Part shown: piece by piece, positions 12,220-27,200 of the stretch
Layout of the letters: each line of letters starts with the position of its first letter
Numbering within the stretch: the first letter of the stretch is position 1
Assembly (NCBI RefSeq): GCF_036588685.1
Contig: NC_086386.1
Location: forward strand, 21,886,001 to 21,950,000
Length of the DNA: 64,000 nucleotides
From: Mytilus trossulus
Taxonomy: Eukaryota
Direction: 5' to 3'
Position numbers and translations under genes: made by a program
Notes under the pieces: model-generated
Databases searched by the model: none
What the model was told of the DNA's origin: nothing
What the model saw: only the letters and a program-made list of their open reading frames with translations

Positions 12220-12640
12220 TCAATAAAGGCAACAGTAGTATACCGTTGTTCGCAAGTCATAAATTGATTGGGTGAAAACAAACCAGGAACACAAACTGAA
12301 ACCGAGTGAAACACATAATCTATAAGAGGGAAACAACGAAATAGCAGAAACACTGATGTGCAACAACAAAAAAAAAGACAATGCAACACACACAGAAACG
12401 AACAATACGGTTACAATTGCCATTTTCCTGACTTGGTACATAATATTTTAAGAAACAATGTTGGGTTGAACCTGATTTTTTTGGCTAACAAAACATCGCG
12501 TTTTTATAGCAATGCTAAATATCATACTAAAATGACACATTACATGACAGGAATACAATAATAGATACAAAACCATTCAGGACAGAGAAATACACAAATA
12601 AACAATGCAAAAGTACATTTCGACTTGCTAACCACAGAAT
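12220..12640 (+). repeat. Interspersed repeat (AATAAAGGCAACAGTAGTATACCG family)
   Basis: Homologous to ~43940-44336 (-) and ~47030-47400 (+). Confidence 0.7.
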
Positions 12641-13103
12641 AAAAGCGAGAAGTTTTCTAGCAGCGATGCTGACCAAGTGCCAGAAAGCCTGAAAACCACA
12701 TTTTACATTCGATTTGTATGACGTACTCATTTTGATAAACCGTCATCTAAAACCCAAATGTTGGAAGCAAATGAACTAAAATTTCCATTTCCGTTTGTCT
12801 AGTGTTACCTTTCCATGTTAGTAGAGCCTAGATTTGTAACACAGAATATGGAATATTAGGCATGGGATCAGTATTTAGGGTATTTTTGAATATAAAATGT
12901 GTTTTCATCCGTGTGCTACCTCCAATGTTGATCCAATAGAAGGATTTGTCATATAAAGGAACAGCCGAATTCATCTGAGATGAACTTTGGTTACCACTAG
13001 ACTTCTTTATTTTCATTAAAAAAAGAGATAAAAACAGAGACACTTTATAAATTGTTTGAAATCTATATCCTAGCAACATTTGTCTACAATCACTATCTTC
13101 AAT

Positions 13104-13369
13104 ATATTTGATTTTCGATATTTTGTGTTTTATCGCCACTTTTAAGCACCGCATAAAGCTATTTCGTGGCGGTTATTTTTTATTGGTGGAGGAAGACGGA
13201 GTGCCCGGAGAAAATGCACCGACCTTTGATAGGAAATCTGACAATCCTATTCAATTAATATTGTAGTCGAGTGCACCCACACGAGCGGGGTTCGAACTCA
13301 CAACTTCAGTGTTTACTGGCTAGTGATTACAGTAGTAAATACTAAGACACTCGGCCACCGAAGCCCCTT
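13104..13369 (-). mobile_element. tRNA-derived SINE with a V-domain-like core
   Basis: Minus-strand head GGGGCTTCGGTGGCCGAGTG (A box) ... GAGTTCGAACCCC (B box); central TTTTCTCCGGGCACTCCGTCTTCCTCCACC resembles the V-SINE domain; 10-bp TSD TATCTTCAAT (13094-13103, 13370-13379). Confidence 0.8.
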
Positions 13370-13724
13370 TATCTTCAATTAACCAATCGAAATTAATTCA
13401 GCTGTGTTAATGATATGTTGTAAATTGTCTGTTTATTTTTTTTAATTTTTTATCTATTGTATAAAAAATGCATATAACCTCTATTAAGTTCATGCATTAA
13501 AAAAATCAAGAAATTAATTATGAACAAAAACCTTTGCTCTCGTGAAATAGGCATCGTACATTTGAGAATTTACCAGCTATCATTATTTAAAGATATCAAA
13601 ATGAACTGAACGTCCGTTGCATTTAGAAACGCCGAATAATCAATCAACACAAATAAATGTGTGATGAACCCTAATTGAATCTGCAAGTATGCACGATAAA
13701 GTCGATATAAATATTGAATGTGTA

Positions 13725-15022
13725 TATGTTAGAGTCTTTAACGACATTCGTTCCTCAAATCAAGTCCAAAATCTCACGTCACAGTAAAATAAGATTCCAA
13801 ATCGATAGCCAATGTTATGTCTCTCTAATCAACGTCCAATCTTTGGTCCTCTAATCGACGTCCAGTTTTCAGCTGCTCAATTAACGTCCATTTTGGACAC
13901 AGAATACAAAATCGAACTAAACCGATAGCAGCTGAAACATTAGAGCTTTAAGCATGTTATGTGTTACAAATAAGATCTGTTTAAAAAAAACAATAATTTA
14001 TATAAAAAAAAAAAAAAAAAAAAACTAGACTAAGTATGTTAATAGGACGTAATATCAAATTTTGAATATTAGAAATTAAATAAAAATAATAGGCAGATGT
14101 CAAAGTGGTCTGATTTCCACAAGCTAACCACCAGAGTTCAAATAAAGTGGATGTGAGCACTTTAAGGCAACCGTACGGCTTTCGACAATAAAAAGATCAT
14201 ACCACAAAGGCTTTAAAAGGTTATGACATGAATAATGTAAACAATTCAAATTAAAATATTAACGGTCTTATTTATAAAAAGAAACACCCAAACAATTTCG
14301 AATACACCATATGACAAACAGAAGCCATCAAACACCCAGGACAGCAGCACAACATATAAACATAATAACAATTTTTGCGTATTCAATTTCAAGTGTAAAA
14401 CTCAGAAATTTGATACGAATTTATAACAGAGAGTTCAAATTATAATAATGTCAAATCAATTAGGTGTATTTCTTTATTTTATCTATTGTGGGAGATTAAA
14501 TAATGCTTCTAGATGTCGTTTGGTTTTCTTTGTCGTTGGGTTGCTTTCTCATTGACATACACATACATGCATACTAGTATCATTTATTATTATGAATAGG
14601 AAAGATACACTAGTTTGTAGATCTGTTGGATTAACTTTTCATTAAGATAAACATTAAACTAACAAATGTACAGATTTTAATAAATATGATAAATTAAAAA
14701 AAAATAAAATAAAAAAATAAACATTTATTAGCATATTTTATGGAAACTATGTATAAATGTTGGAAACTTTAGTTGTTATAAAAACCCTACAAAACATATG
14801 CATGTATAAGTGTTAATTAAGCCAAGTCATTTATTATTTATCGATATTGAACATGAATTAAAGACGACTAAAATCAATCGGATGTGGTTTTTGCAATACA
14901 GGACGTCGGATTATAGTATCACTATATTGGACGTCGATTTGAGATTGTGATGTCATATTAAGATGTCGATTTGAGGAACAGACGTCGATTAAAGGCCGTA
15001 AGTAAATCTGAGTCTAACATAT
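13725..15022. mobile_element. Old non-autonomous TIR element with subterminal AATCGACGTCC-type repeats
   Basis: 13725-13900 and 14860-15022 are imperfect inverted copies, each with several (A)ATC(G/A)ACGTCC units. Confidence 0.55.
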
Positions 15023-15291
15023 TTAAAATTTATCTTTATTTTTACACTATTCATATTGGCAGCGTAACATTCTTTGTGTTTTAATTACAATGATAATACT
15101 ACAATAAAAGAGAAAATAGAAAAGTCCAAAGGTAAATTCATTTAAGTCAATGTCCAACAAAAAAAGATGACAAAAAAAAATGATGTCTAAATGCAAAGAT
15201 TAAAACGTGCACTCGATCTCGATATGTTTATACATATAATGTTCGTATTATGGGGATTTGTTGTGCACGTAGATGTCGATGTTGGATCGTC

Positions 15292-18200
15292 TTATAAATG
15301 AGTAACAGTACCGTCATTCGCAATATAATTGGCAAGCCTTTCCTCGTTGTCTTGTGTGTGTGTTCCTGGATTATATGAAACAATTGCGGCTGCATTTTCT
15401 TTCATGATATCCTCGTATGCTGGTGGACTAACTGTGGGCATATATTTTGTATCGTCAATGAATGTAAATACTGTGCCGTTATTTGGTATATGCTGGGTGT
15501 GTCTTTTCTCAACGTCTCCTGTGTATGTCCTTGGATTATATAAATCAATAGCGGTTTTATTGCCATTATTGATGATAGCTTCATATGCTGGTGGGTTAAC
15601 TGTGGGAAGAGATGCTGAACAGTCAGATGTAGAATTGATGAGCCTTTCCAAATCGGCTCCATAGCTCAGCTGTGTCCTTGGATAAGTAACACCGGCAACA
15701 GCATTTCCATTGTCATAGTACAAACCTAGTGTTAATAAATACACATCTGTTATACAAGATATTTACATTAATGAATTAAAAGCACAAAGATTATTTCGTA
15801 TCCCGATAGTGTGTTATTCTTATTTAATGTTTTCTTATTAACATTCTTTATTTTGAATTTTGATATTTCAATAACGGTCTTGTTTGTCCTTTTATTATAC
15901 TTTTGATTGTTGAATGTGTTTTTCGATATTTTTTGAGGTTTCAGCATTTCCAAGGTAAGAAGACAAACATATTTATTTTTAAGTAACGTTTTTTTTGTAT
16001 TGTTTTTTTGGGAGATTTTGTTTCAGGTTGATTTTTAAAATCTTACCTATAACGCTAAACTGTTGTTGTTCATTTGTCTGTTGTAAGGCCCTTGATTGTT
16101 GAAGACGTCTTCTATTTTTAAGTCTCATCCTACGTTGTTTCCTGTCGTTGTTTAAACAGCAACATACACAGACGAAGATTATCATTGCCACTACTATTAC
16201 TCTAAATTAATTGAAATAGAATTTTTAGCCGCACAAAGATTTCATAGGTTTATCTCACCATCGTTCGGGCATAAATAATCACGAATATAATGCCTACCCA
16301 TGTTAAAACTACTATAAAGTTTATCTTGCATCAGTTATTTCTTAACTGAATTTGACCAAGTATGGAATGTTTTTGAAACGAATATGTGATTATTTACAAT
16401 AGAGATAGGGATGTAACCATTGCGGTTTTTTTTATTTTGTTTTCTTTTTTGTTTTTTTTTTGTTTGTTTTTTTCTTCCCTATTGTAAATATTTAAATTTT
16501 ATTTTTCTTGATCTTTTTAATAGAATGTCATGAACAAATGTATATCTTGTAATTGTTTGAAATAAAAAAATTAAAAGTAAAAAAAAAATACGCTTACATG
16601 TATGTTACAGTAATTTACAACACTAACATCAAGACACCTTGAGGTAAAAATAGGCTTTGCCATAATGTGTTTAACATCAAACCGTACAGAGTAGAGAAAA
16701 GTGGTGATTGAAATGAGTTGTCTTGTGTTTACTATATTGGAGTTGCTTTTATTTCAAACCGATATGTACTTATCTTCAGAATGAAGGATGTAGGTTTGTA
16801 TTTCAATTAATATGTTTTGGGTATTTATTTACACGTTTTAAGTATTAAGTATACGATTTTCTTACGCTGGAAGAATTCGGAACAGGTTGACCTCTGAAGT
16901 AGGTTCGTATTCTGAATATCTGTACTCTGTTGTGCTTCTTATATATCTTGGAAATCTTCTGGACAGTATATTAGTTCTAAAATAAATATCATATAACTGC
17001 TAACATTTTTGTTCTTATTTTCCAAGTGACATCTTATAAAAATCTTTCATCAAATATAGATGAAAGTAACAATATTTTGTTTAAAATAAGATTAAAAAGC
17101 AGAACAAACTTATGTACAATTTCGTTACAAATGAAGGAAATATATTTAGCAAAAAAAAATAATTTATGAATTAAAACGTGCTTTTAGCTGTGTAGTAACC
17201 AAAGACCTTAAGCCACATCTGAAATATGCATATGACGGTTTGTTTTAAAACAGATGTTTACAACGACAAGTATAATTCAAGAAAAAAATATGCTGTTTCT
17301 ATTTATGACACCAAAAGCAAGTGACTACTACTTGTATTGTTGTCCATCTTAAAATCATGGTGAGGCAGAAGCTCTCATTTTATATTCTTGCCAGATCAAA
17401 GGCTTACGTAATGTGAAAGTTTCAACTTTATTGTCATGGTTAAAAACACGCCAAACGAATAACCCGAATTCGAAAAGCCTTGACGCCCAAACAAAGAGTG
17501 GATTTATATTTATTATCATATCAATGATAATTCATGTCAACACAGAATTGATAGTTCGATGCTCATCTTATGCGGAATGAGTGTTCTGTTCATTCGTTTG
17601 TCAGTTTTATATTTTTATAGGCAACTAGTGTAACGAGTTACTGTTTCTTTGCATACGAATCTTTTACAGTTGAAACGATATCGCAGGTGTTTTATTTCCT
17701 ACAATGATTTCCACGAAGGATGGCTTCTGATCACAAGGAAACTATAAAACTAAGAGTTTCTAGTGGTGCCGTTGAACTTATTTCCTTTACAGTCAACATT
17801 CAGATTTGGTTAACAGTTATGGAATATCCATTGAAAAGATAATAGATGTTGTTTTTATCTAATTGTTGTAATTACCGTCCAGTCCGCCGTTCCCCGAACG
17901 CGACCTACCGAGTTAGAGATGTAATACCAATATTTTATAGTACGTCACATCCGATTGCATACGTGAAATTGTCAGACACAACATTCCCTTGAAATTGGCA
18001 GTTAATCTTTCATATCATTGCAGAAAGAAGAAAAAATCATAAATATATAGCTTGGGTGGATTGAAGGACCATTATTCTTCCATTTAGTGTTTCTATAGAA
18101 TATATTGAACACTCGTCTTTGCATGGTTACTGAAGCTTGTAAACAGAAAAAAGGTGGACATTTGATTGGTTAACTTCCAGTGATGTTTTTGTTTCGTACA

Positions 18201-21200
18201 TGCAATAAATTATTATATGACATTTTGTCTATAGTACTGAAAATTTCAAAACTTCAATACTCATGCAATATATTTCTTTATTTGAAAACAAGATACTTTG
18301 TGTACCATTTTTTTTTCATTTTATATAAGAGTTAAAGGGGAGAATTGATGGTGGTATAACAACTAGAATGATTACTGGGTTTGTTGTTATGTACGCAAAC
18401 CAACGGGTCCCACATGAGGGACAGGACCTACTTTCTCTTCTGGAGCACATCAGAATCTCAGCGGTGTTTGACGTGGTTCATATTGTTCTGTCTTCTATTG
18501 TTTATCTCAATGTTTTTGAGCCATGACGTTATTTTTAACTAATGAATATCCCTGTTGGTATCTTTTGCTACTCGTTTACACACGTATTGTTTTTGTCTGA
18601 TTGTGCAATACCAAGTGACGCATTTTCAGTTCCATCCATGTTTTACACTCTGGTTTTCTAGTTATTGTAAGTAGACAAACAAGTGATTGATGGTAAATCT
18701 GATGTGACTAGGTATAAATGCAAGTCTCCATTTAAAACTTCCGTGTAAACTTCTCTGTTAAAATTCAGAACGTTAGAGTATCCGTTTTTTTCAATTTTTC
18801 AGTGTTAATTTTAATACCGCATCCATTTGTTTCGTTCTGAATATGGTAATGCATATATAAAAGGTCTAGTTAGGAACTTAAACTATTTATGATTTAAATT
18901 GATGTTTATAAGTATAAATATCGGGTTTTCTACACATTGATATCGTAAAATATCAGCCGAGAGCCACAATGAGAATCTGTTTTGAGAGTGAGGACAGCAA
19001 ACGAGCTAAAAGGTTTCACATTGTGTGGAGCGGCTGATATTTCACAATATCTATACGAAGAAAACCCGATTATCTGTTTATCGTTCTATCACTAGTCTTT
19101 CCCCACTTCCTAAGATATTTTTACGCTTGACGAAAGTCAGCTTGATAACGTCTTATCCTCTCACATTGTGTTGTCGCTGAAAATGCTTGGTCTCGTTTTT
19201 AGGTCTTGATACGAGAATTACGGAGCGACAGAGCAGAGTGATATAGGTAAGAAGGACGATAAAAAGTAAAATCACAAAAATAGTGAGCTCCAAGGAAAAT
19301 TTAAAACGGTAAGTCCCTAATAAAATAGCATGATCAAATGATAAAACACATTAAACGAATGGACAGCAGCAGTCATATTCCTAACTTGGTACAGGCATTT
19401 TTAAATGAAGAAAATTGTGCATTGAACCTAGTTTAATAGCGCTAAACCTCTCACTTGTATGACAGCCGCATCAAATTCTATCATATTTATAACAATGTGT
19501 ATAAGTACATTTAAAATTTTACAAAAAAATTACATTTTACAAAAAAATACATTTTACAAGATTTTTTAAAAATAAAAATAAATAACAAAGAAAACTGTGA
19601 TTTCATATAATCAAGGCTTCTTTATAAAGTATGATATAATCTAAATGTTGCTAAAATAAAATATTGATTTAAAAGGGCGAATTCTAGATAAAAAATGTAC
19701 TAAAATAGTGTTTTTCCAATTTAATTATGATGACTACGTATACATATCCGTAATCAAAATATATACTTTTGGTGAAGAAAAATATTTGTCTTTTCCCAAA
19801 CGGAAATGATATTTTCTATTACTATCGGTTTCGAATATAATACGTTAATTATAAAATTTCTACACTGATTTCCATACATATTTATATGTACCTTAGAGTT
19901 TTGTAAGAGTTTTTACCAATGTTCATCCTATTCATGTTTCTATTTCTTTGTCGTCGGTTATAAGTTGTCTTGATATAGGCTGGTAAAGTAGTTGTATACG
20001 TCTGATGTCGTGTTCTCTTGATCTTTTTATAAGAGTTGGACCTTCAAATACAATTATGTTGCATGAGTGTAATGCTCGCATACATAAGAGGATTAACTTG
20101 TAATATTTTGCAATCATTGAAGTCATGTGTATCAAATATCACAGTTTCTTAAATCCAATTTTTATGAATGAATTTGCTTTCGTATAATTTTTAACGAGTA
20201 GCACGTGGCAAAAGATCACTCCACCAGAAATTTAATGTAAACGAAATTAACATAACAAATGAAAAGAACGGGATAAAGTGCTAAGAAATTGAAACTGCTC
20301 AATCTATACAGATAGCTCGTGTGAGAAAAAGATAAGATATATATGGTGTTATGTATAAATATATTGATGGATTATAGTTAATTACATTTTACATAGATAT
20401 ATGTTGCCTAAAATGCAAGTATTTCTTCATTTGACCATGGAAGTATTATATTGACAGGAACTACAACGATTAATTAGCATTTATTTATAACCCGGGTTGC
20501 CCTGTAGAAAAGATATGGAAACTGTCTAATTAGCACGCTGTCGTTAATTTCTTTTGTGATTATCTGCGATGCCGCGGTCATCAATTGACCAGAGATGCTT
20601 CTTATCAATCACGTGGTTTTAATCGAGACAACTTAACAATATTACCTGTCGGAAAACACCTTTACATATCTCAATCGCGTCGGTAGACCTTTATTCGTGA
20701 ACAATTTATTCAAACAAATCGACTGATGCATAAAAAATGAAAATCGGCCCAGAATTAATTATTCTACAACGATTTGAAATAGTGAGCGACATTATTTTAT
20801 TAGTTTGTGGGTGAAGTTTAAATCTCGATTAAGGTGTGTTCCGGGTACCGCCGGTTAAAAATAAATATATTTGATAAATATTAAAACTGTGAAGTTGATA
20901 GTAATATATATAGTTAAGTTACTGGATAATCTTGAAAAGTAGAAATTTCGAGTTTACAATACGAAAATTAATCGAGCAAGTACCAATCAACAAAATACAG
21001 CATAAGAAAACAGAGATCTAACAACGCTGTATAGCTATTTATATAATACATTTCTGTCCCCTAAAATTTATCACTATCCGACAAAAAGAAACCGTTTAAA
21101 TAATACTGGTAAATATTATTGAACAGTCGCACAAGAATTTGTATAATGTCACTATACAAATCATCGAGTCGCAGTACTAAAAAAAATCAACGCTTCGGCG

Positions 21201-24200
21201 GGGTTCAGCTGAACATTCGTATAATATACCAACCAATGATCTTACCCTGGATTTAGAACGAAGCTTAATAATTCCTACATTTATCTAAAATCTCTTTGAT
21301 CTTTTGATTTTATCAGAACGATAATTTACAATAGTCTTAAATATGCAGGAAATGTGTGCCACTCAGTGGAGTAAACAGTTGTTAAAATATAATCACAACT
21401 TGCGATATATATATTACATCTAGTGCAAAAATCTATAAAAATGGGGCATTTATTCATTAAATTTGGTTCAAATTTCCATCTTCAATGTTTTTGCGTATAT
21501 AATTAATGATAACTCGCGTTAATCCATCAATCACTCAATCGGCACACATTAGCCTGGGATCCGACCCAATCTAGCTGCGCGTCGTATACTGACAAGATTA
21601 GCAAGGACCCCAGGCTAGGCACACATATGCAGATGTAAGGTAACGGAATCCGCCGAGGTTTGCCGATTGCTGTTTCCTAAGAATTTATCACAACTTTCGA
21701 TTTCTTCGTTTATTTCCGTAATCCCGAAAGCAACCGAGAATGACAATATTGTAAGGCACCGCACGCTGGTATGTAAATAACGTGCCATGTTTCAAGCTAA
21801 TTAACATGTCATTAAATTGCGCGCGGCATCGCAGACTAAACGTTTGAAGACGGGTCGTAGTACTTCCTGTCAATATAATACTTCCATGATTTGACTAAAA
21901 ATTATTGACCGGCATTGAATTTTTTGTACTTTTTATAGTTTAGAATACAGTAGTTGTTTTCATGATATTTTAAGAGTGTCAGAGAAATCATACTAAATTT
22001 TATTCGCATTGTTTAAAATAACCAAAATTAGTCTTTTTTTGTTAAAAATGATGCTATTTTATTTGAAATTTTTTGAGAATTAAAATACATAAAACTTTTA
22101 TTTTTGGGGAATTAGAATGCAGTTATTGATTTATTTTGATACAAATTATTAACCGTCATATAATTTCAGTACTTTTTGTACATCAGGATTGGCTGTTATT
22201 AAAAAAATATGCCTACTTTAAGGAAAAAAATATTAAAGTTTTGTATGCGTTGCCTAAAATGCAAATATTCCTTCATATTACAAAAAATTATTGACCGCCA
22301 TTGGATTTTTGTACTTTTTATAGATTAGAATAGGTTTTTTTTTCATGAAATTAAAAGAGTGTCAGATAATCTTACTTTAATTTTATTTGCATTGTTTGAA
22401 ATATCCAAAATTAGTCTTCTTATTATAAATTTTTTTAAAACTTCGATTGTGACAGGAATATAGAAAGTCTGTGATTATGATAAGAATTTATGATGATAAG
22501 GATACAAAAATTTTAAATATTGAAAAAAACTAAACATCTTTCATTAACTGATCTTTTCATTTTACTTTTCCCCGAGTATGTTTGTCAAATAATAAAATCA
22601 AAATCGCGATGTAGACACCGTTTTAGAACCCGACGGGTTTGAAAATATATAACCTAAATAAAACAAAAAGACCATTCTTTTATAATAATATTTATGTTAG
22701 GTTTTATCTGTACATTTCTTTTCAATAAAACTTTGCTAAATAATTACTAATAAGGCAAAATGTATCATCATGATCATTGAACGTTCGATTATCTCTAGTC
22801 GCCATTTTAATTAAACTAAACGAAACTTAGATTCTCTAATTTGTATTAGTTTATCATGTGACGTATTACAGGTCAATCCGTCACCAAGGTCGATCGGTTC
22901 TATCCGTCCGATCAGTCAATTACTTTTACTATGATCTGACGGATTGCTGGCGTGAGTTTGACGCGAATTTGACTGATCGGTGACTGATCGATGACCGCTG
23001 ATTGATCGCTGAAATAGTAACGCCTAAGGTTGCAAGTACTGTAGTTGTAAAATAAATGTTGATTGTTGATAATTGATTTTTTTTTTCTACATTTGCTTTT
23101 TCTGTGACAAATTAGACGGTACGATGTTAAAATCGTTATGATCCCTTGTTTGTTTTTCTGCGAAACTCACGCTTAATGCAATAGAGGATAATTAATAAAA
23201 TATGTATAAACTAAAAAATAAAACATTTCTATGAAAAAGCTGCTCAAAACTCAAAAGTATGACAGCTCTTGTCAGAACCTAGAAAAGTCAAGAATCTGTT
23301 CACTTCAGTTACCTTACTATTTTTGTATGAATTGTTTTACATACGTTTTTGTCAGTACAGTGACCTGTTTTCGTTACTTATATTACATCAACTCAATTAA
23401 TCTCTGGTGGATAGTTTTGTAGTATAGGGATTTTTTCCTTGTCAAAGTTTGGACTTAAATAAAAGAAAGTATTTTTCCTACCACTCATTAAAACCCCTTT
23501 TGTTACCTCAGTTTTAATAGCAGAGTTTTGAATATTGACATGATCAATATTGTGAGTAGTAAGAAACAGATACTACATGCAAGACCTGTTGGTGACCTTC
23601 TGCTGTTGTTTTTTCTATGGTCAGTTTGTTGTCTCTTTGACACATTCCCAATTTCCATTCTCAATTTCAATAACATAGATCCAAAAACCAACAAACGAAT
23701 AATCAACAACTTAAAGGTTACATTACTGCATTGGATAGTGATAAAACCAGAGTAAGATATAACAGGAATGCGTAGATGTGAAACAGAGAGCAAGTATTGA
23801 CAATAAATTACATACTCCTAAATTGAGTGACATACACATTAAAAGATAACACAAACGTTATCGGTTAAACAGTTTGTTATGAAAGTGTAGTAAACATTTA
23901 AAAACGCAAACAAATATCTTATTTTGTGAAACTATTGAAAAGTACAGCAATTTTCAATAAACAGACAGATGGTAACTAACAAAATAATACAAAGAACATA
24001 ATAAAACGTTCCTCCGGTATCCGATGAGAATGACAGTAAAAGCAATAAAAATATGATGTAATAGCAATAAACGAACCTTCCATAAAATTTGCATCTGTGT
24101 GAAATGTACCAAGCGTCATGTTCACCAATTGTTTCTGTGCATTTCCATCCACTATCGATGAGACAACACGCTTTCTTTATCCCGCAAAACGAATAATAAG

Positions 24201-27200
24201 ATGCCAAAGGTCCAAAACTGTGCTTGCACTCTGTTTGACTTGATTTATTGGCTAAATATTGTAAATAATAGTTATTTAACACATATAGGTTATATTATAA
24301 GGAGATATTAAATAAGTTACGTATAGAAAAAGAAACATATGGAACAAACGATACATTTTGCGAAGCATATTTTTCCAATTTTAGTGTTGCCACATGGTCT
24401 GCATAACGGTTAAAGATTCCCAATCTTCAACCCCAAATTAAAGAAAGAAGAAAATAGAACACCTTTGTATGGTAAGAGATAAAATTTAAAGACCATTATG
24501 AATAAACAAATTAGTTGAAAATCATGTGTTATAAAGGGACAGGTCAGCATATCTAACTCCTTATAAGACAGAAAAAGATCAAGAAATCAACGACAAAGAG
24601 ACAAGTATATTGGTTTTTTTTTTTGGTAACGGATTCTCTATAACACCCAATGTATTCTCTATAACACCCAAACAGTATTGACTTTTCGTATTGACTTTTA
24701 CTAGGAATTTAGTATTTTGTGATTTTGCTGTTCCAAAAAACACTCTAATGAAATGTTTCTAAAATATGCATCCCTTGAGAGACAATAATTGTTAAAATAC
24801 TAATAAAGCACATCATCAAATAGTACTGTTTATGTTTGCAGTTCATTATGGAAACACCTACTCTTTAACATGGTATCTTACAACAGAGTAGTCCCTTGTA
24901 ACTATATAATCGTAATGGCCTTTTATGACATTTGAATCAATACCCTTTTACCCCTTCCACAATTGAATGTGACTCGAAGATTGGTTAAGAAAAACAAACT
25001 ATTGCTGACGGACAGAAGTACTGTCACCACGTGTCTTTCGCAAATTTCATCAATTTCATTACAAAAATAAATAAATAGATATTGGCATGTGACTCAATCT
25101 GCATTGACAGACTTTCCTATCTTAATACTCACATACTCATAAAATTGTGGATGAAAAAAGTCATATTACGAAAACGATGTGAATTTATTTCCGTAATTAT
25201 TTACTGTAAATTTTAGTAAACTGAACATGTTACTAGAATGATATACAAAAGAGATATCTTTACTTTTAAATGAGAAGACCTCATTTTGAGAAGACCTCAT
25301 TTTGTGTATCGCTTCTATCACCTCCACAATAAATTATTCATTATATCTCTGTGTCATGTAGGTACCAAGCGTAGTCGCATTTGTCATCCATTCTAAGGAT
25401 TATTCAGTTTGGTTTTTTTAGGGGGAGAAAAGCGAAAAAAAGGCGTACATATATTGTTTCCGTCATCGGACTGACTTTTAAGTCATAGACGGGTCTCCCG
25501 CTTAGGACCATTTTCAAAGGGCTGTAATAAAACAAAGTGCACCACCATATGATGTTTTCTTCTCCAATTACTTTGTTATAGTCTTATAAACACAAAAATC
25601 AGGTTAAGAAAAATTGTTAAATTCTAGAAATGTTTGGCTCCTCAGAGGTGTTTATCCTTAAATCTACAAACAAAATAAATCCCTGACTGGGATTCAAACT
25701 CGTGCAATACTAACAAAAATAACCATTGACAGAAGCCTGACACAAATATTGTTTAGTTTGAAAAATAGTTGTTTTTTCTATACAAAAAATAATGAAATTA
25801 TTGTGTTATTTCATTCCACAGATTATTATACCTCAGTATGTTTTTTCTTTATAAGAAAATAATGAAATAGTTGTGCTATTTCATTCCACAGCATTCCACA
25901 GACTATTTGCCATTCAAAAGTTTCAAAGACTATAACCCCGGTTAATAGTTTCATAATCATCTTTCCCGTACTTTTTCATACTTATTTTTCATTGGACAAT
26001 TTCACTATTTTCACTATTTTGCTCTGCAACGTCAAACCCTAATATTGTAAACAGTATAATCTGTTTGTGTCGATTTTACTACAATAAGCAATTACATCTA
26101 TAAAAGAGAAAAATCTTCTCGCGCATTTTTAAATATCTAAAATATAGAACCTTAATCATAATATGGATTCGGTCGTAATATTCTAAAAGTGATTTTGTGT
26201 TTGGTGTGCTTTACTTTTTCTTTTGTTAATTGCAATTAATGAAATATTTTCAAATACAATAATAACTATAATGTGATGTTCAGTATAATAAAACACCTAA
26301 TGACTGTTTGTGCTGGTAAGAGCAATATTTGGTATCTGAGGGACAACGAACTTGATATTACCCTCACACCCAGTCAATAGGTGTATACTATTTGCAAGCC
26401 AATAGTTTCAAAGACAATACCCCGGTTAATAGTTTCATCAACATATTTCCCGTACTTTTTCATACTTATTTTTCATTGGACAGTAATGACGTCACAAACT
26501 TTTTCACTTGAAATTTTGCACTTGGCAACGTCAATATGATATCGTTTGTTTTTTTAATTCTTCTGTGTCCGTTCTAGTTTAAAATTAAATATCACTTACC
26601 ATAGGCAGTAAAAAAAAAGAATAAGAAAAATCTTCATGACGAATTCTTTAAAGATCTAAATATATAGTAAACTGTATTATATCATTTAGGGGTCTGTGTT
26701 CAGTACTTTAGCTAGTCTAGAAGAATTCATTTTCTTACATGGGAGTTTTTTCTAGTCTTGACTCTTGATTAAAGGAAATGAAATATCTATAAATAAAACA
26801 ACCAAAACTATAAAAACAAAATATTGTTCATCATGTGCGGAATGTTTATGTGACATTTTTCTTTTCTTTCAGACGAGTTATGTAAACCTTTTCTTAAAAC
26901 TGATTTGTTCAATATAATAAAACATCTAATGACTGGTTGTGTGGGTAATAGCAAGTTGTTTGTCCCTTATCATACCAGGTATCTTAAGACAACAAAGTTG
27001 CTATTACCCACACAATAAGTGTATAATATTATACAGAAAAAAATATCTGCGTAACATGAATTTTCTAAAATTTTAAACAAAAATTAAACTTGCTTTGATC
27101 GTTTGATTATAATTATTATTTGATTATCTTACGTATATATATAACTACCTAAACTATTCATGGTAATGATAATTTAATATAATGTGATAACTTGTTTCAA

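Noticed and set aside
21246-21284. 39-nt AG/GT-bounded mini-exon on the minus strand inside gene B intron 2
   Set aside because: It lies within the TIR element and would introduce an immediate stop in the phase-2 intron.
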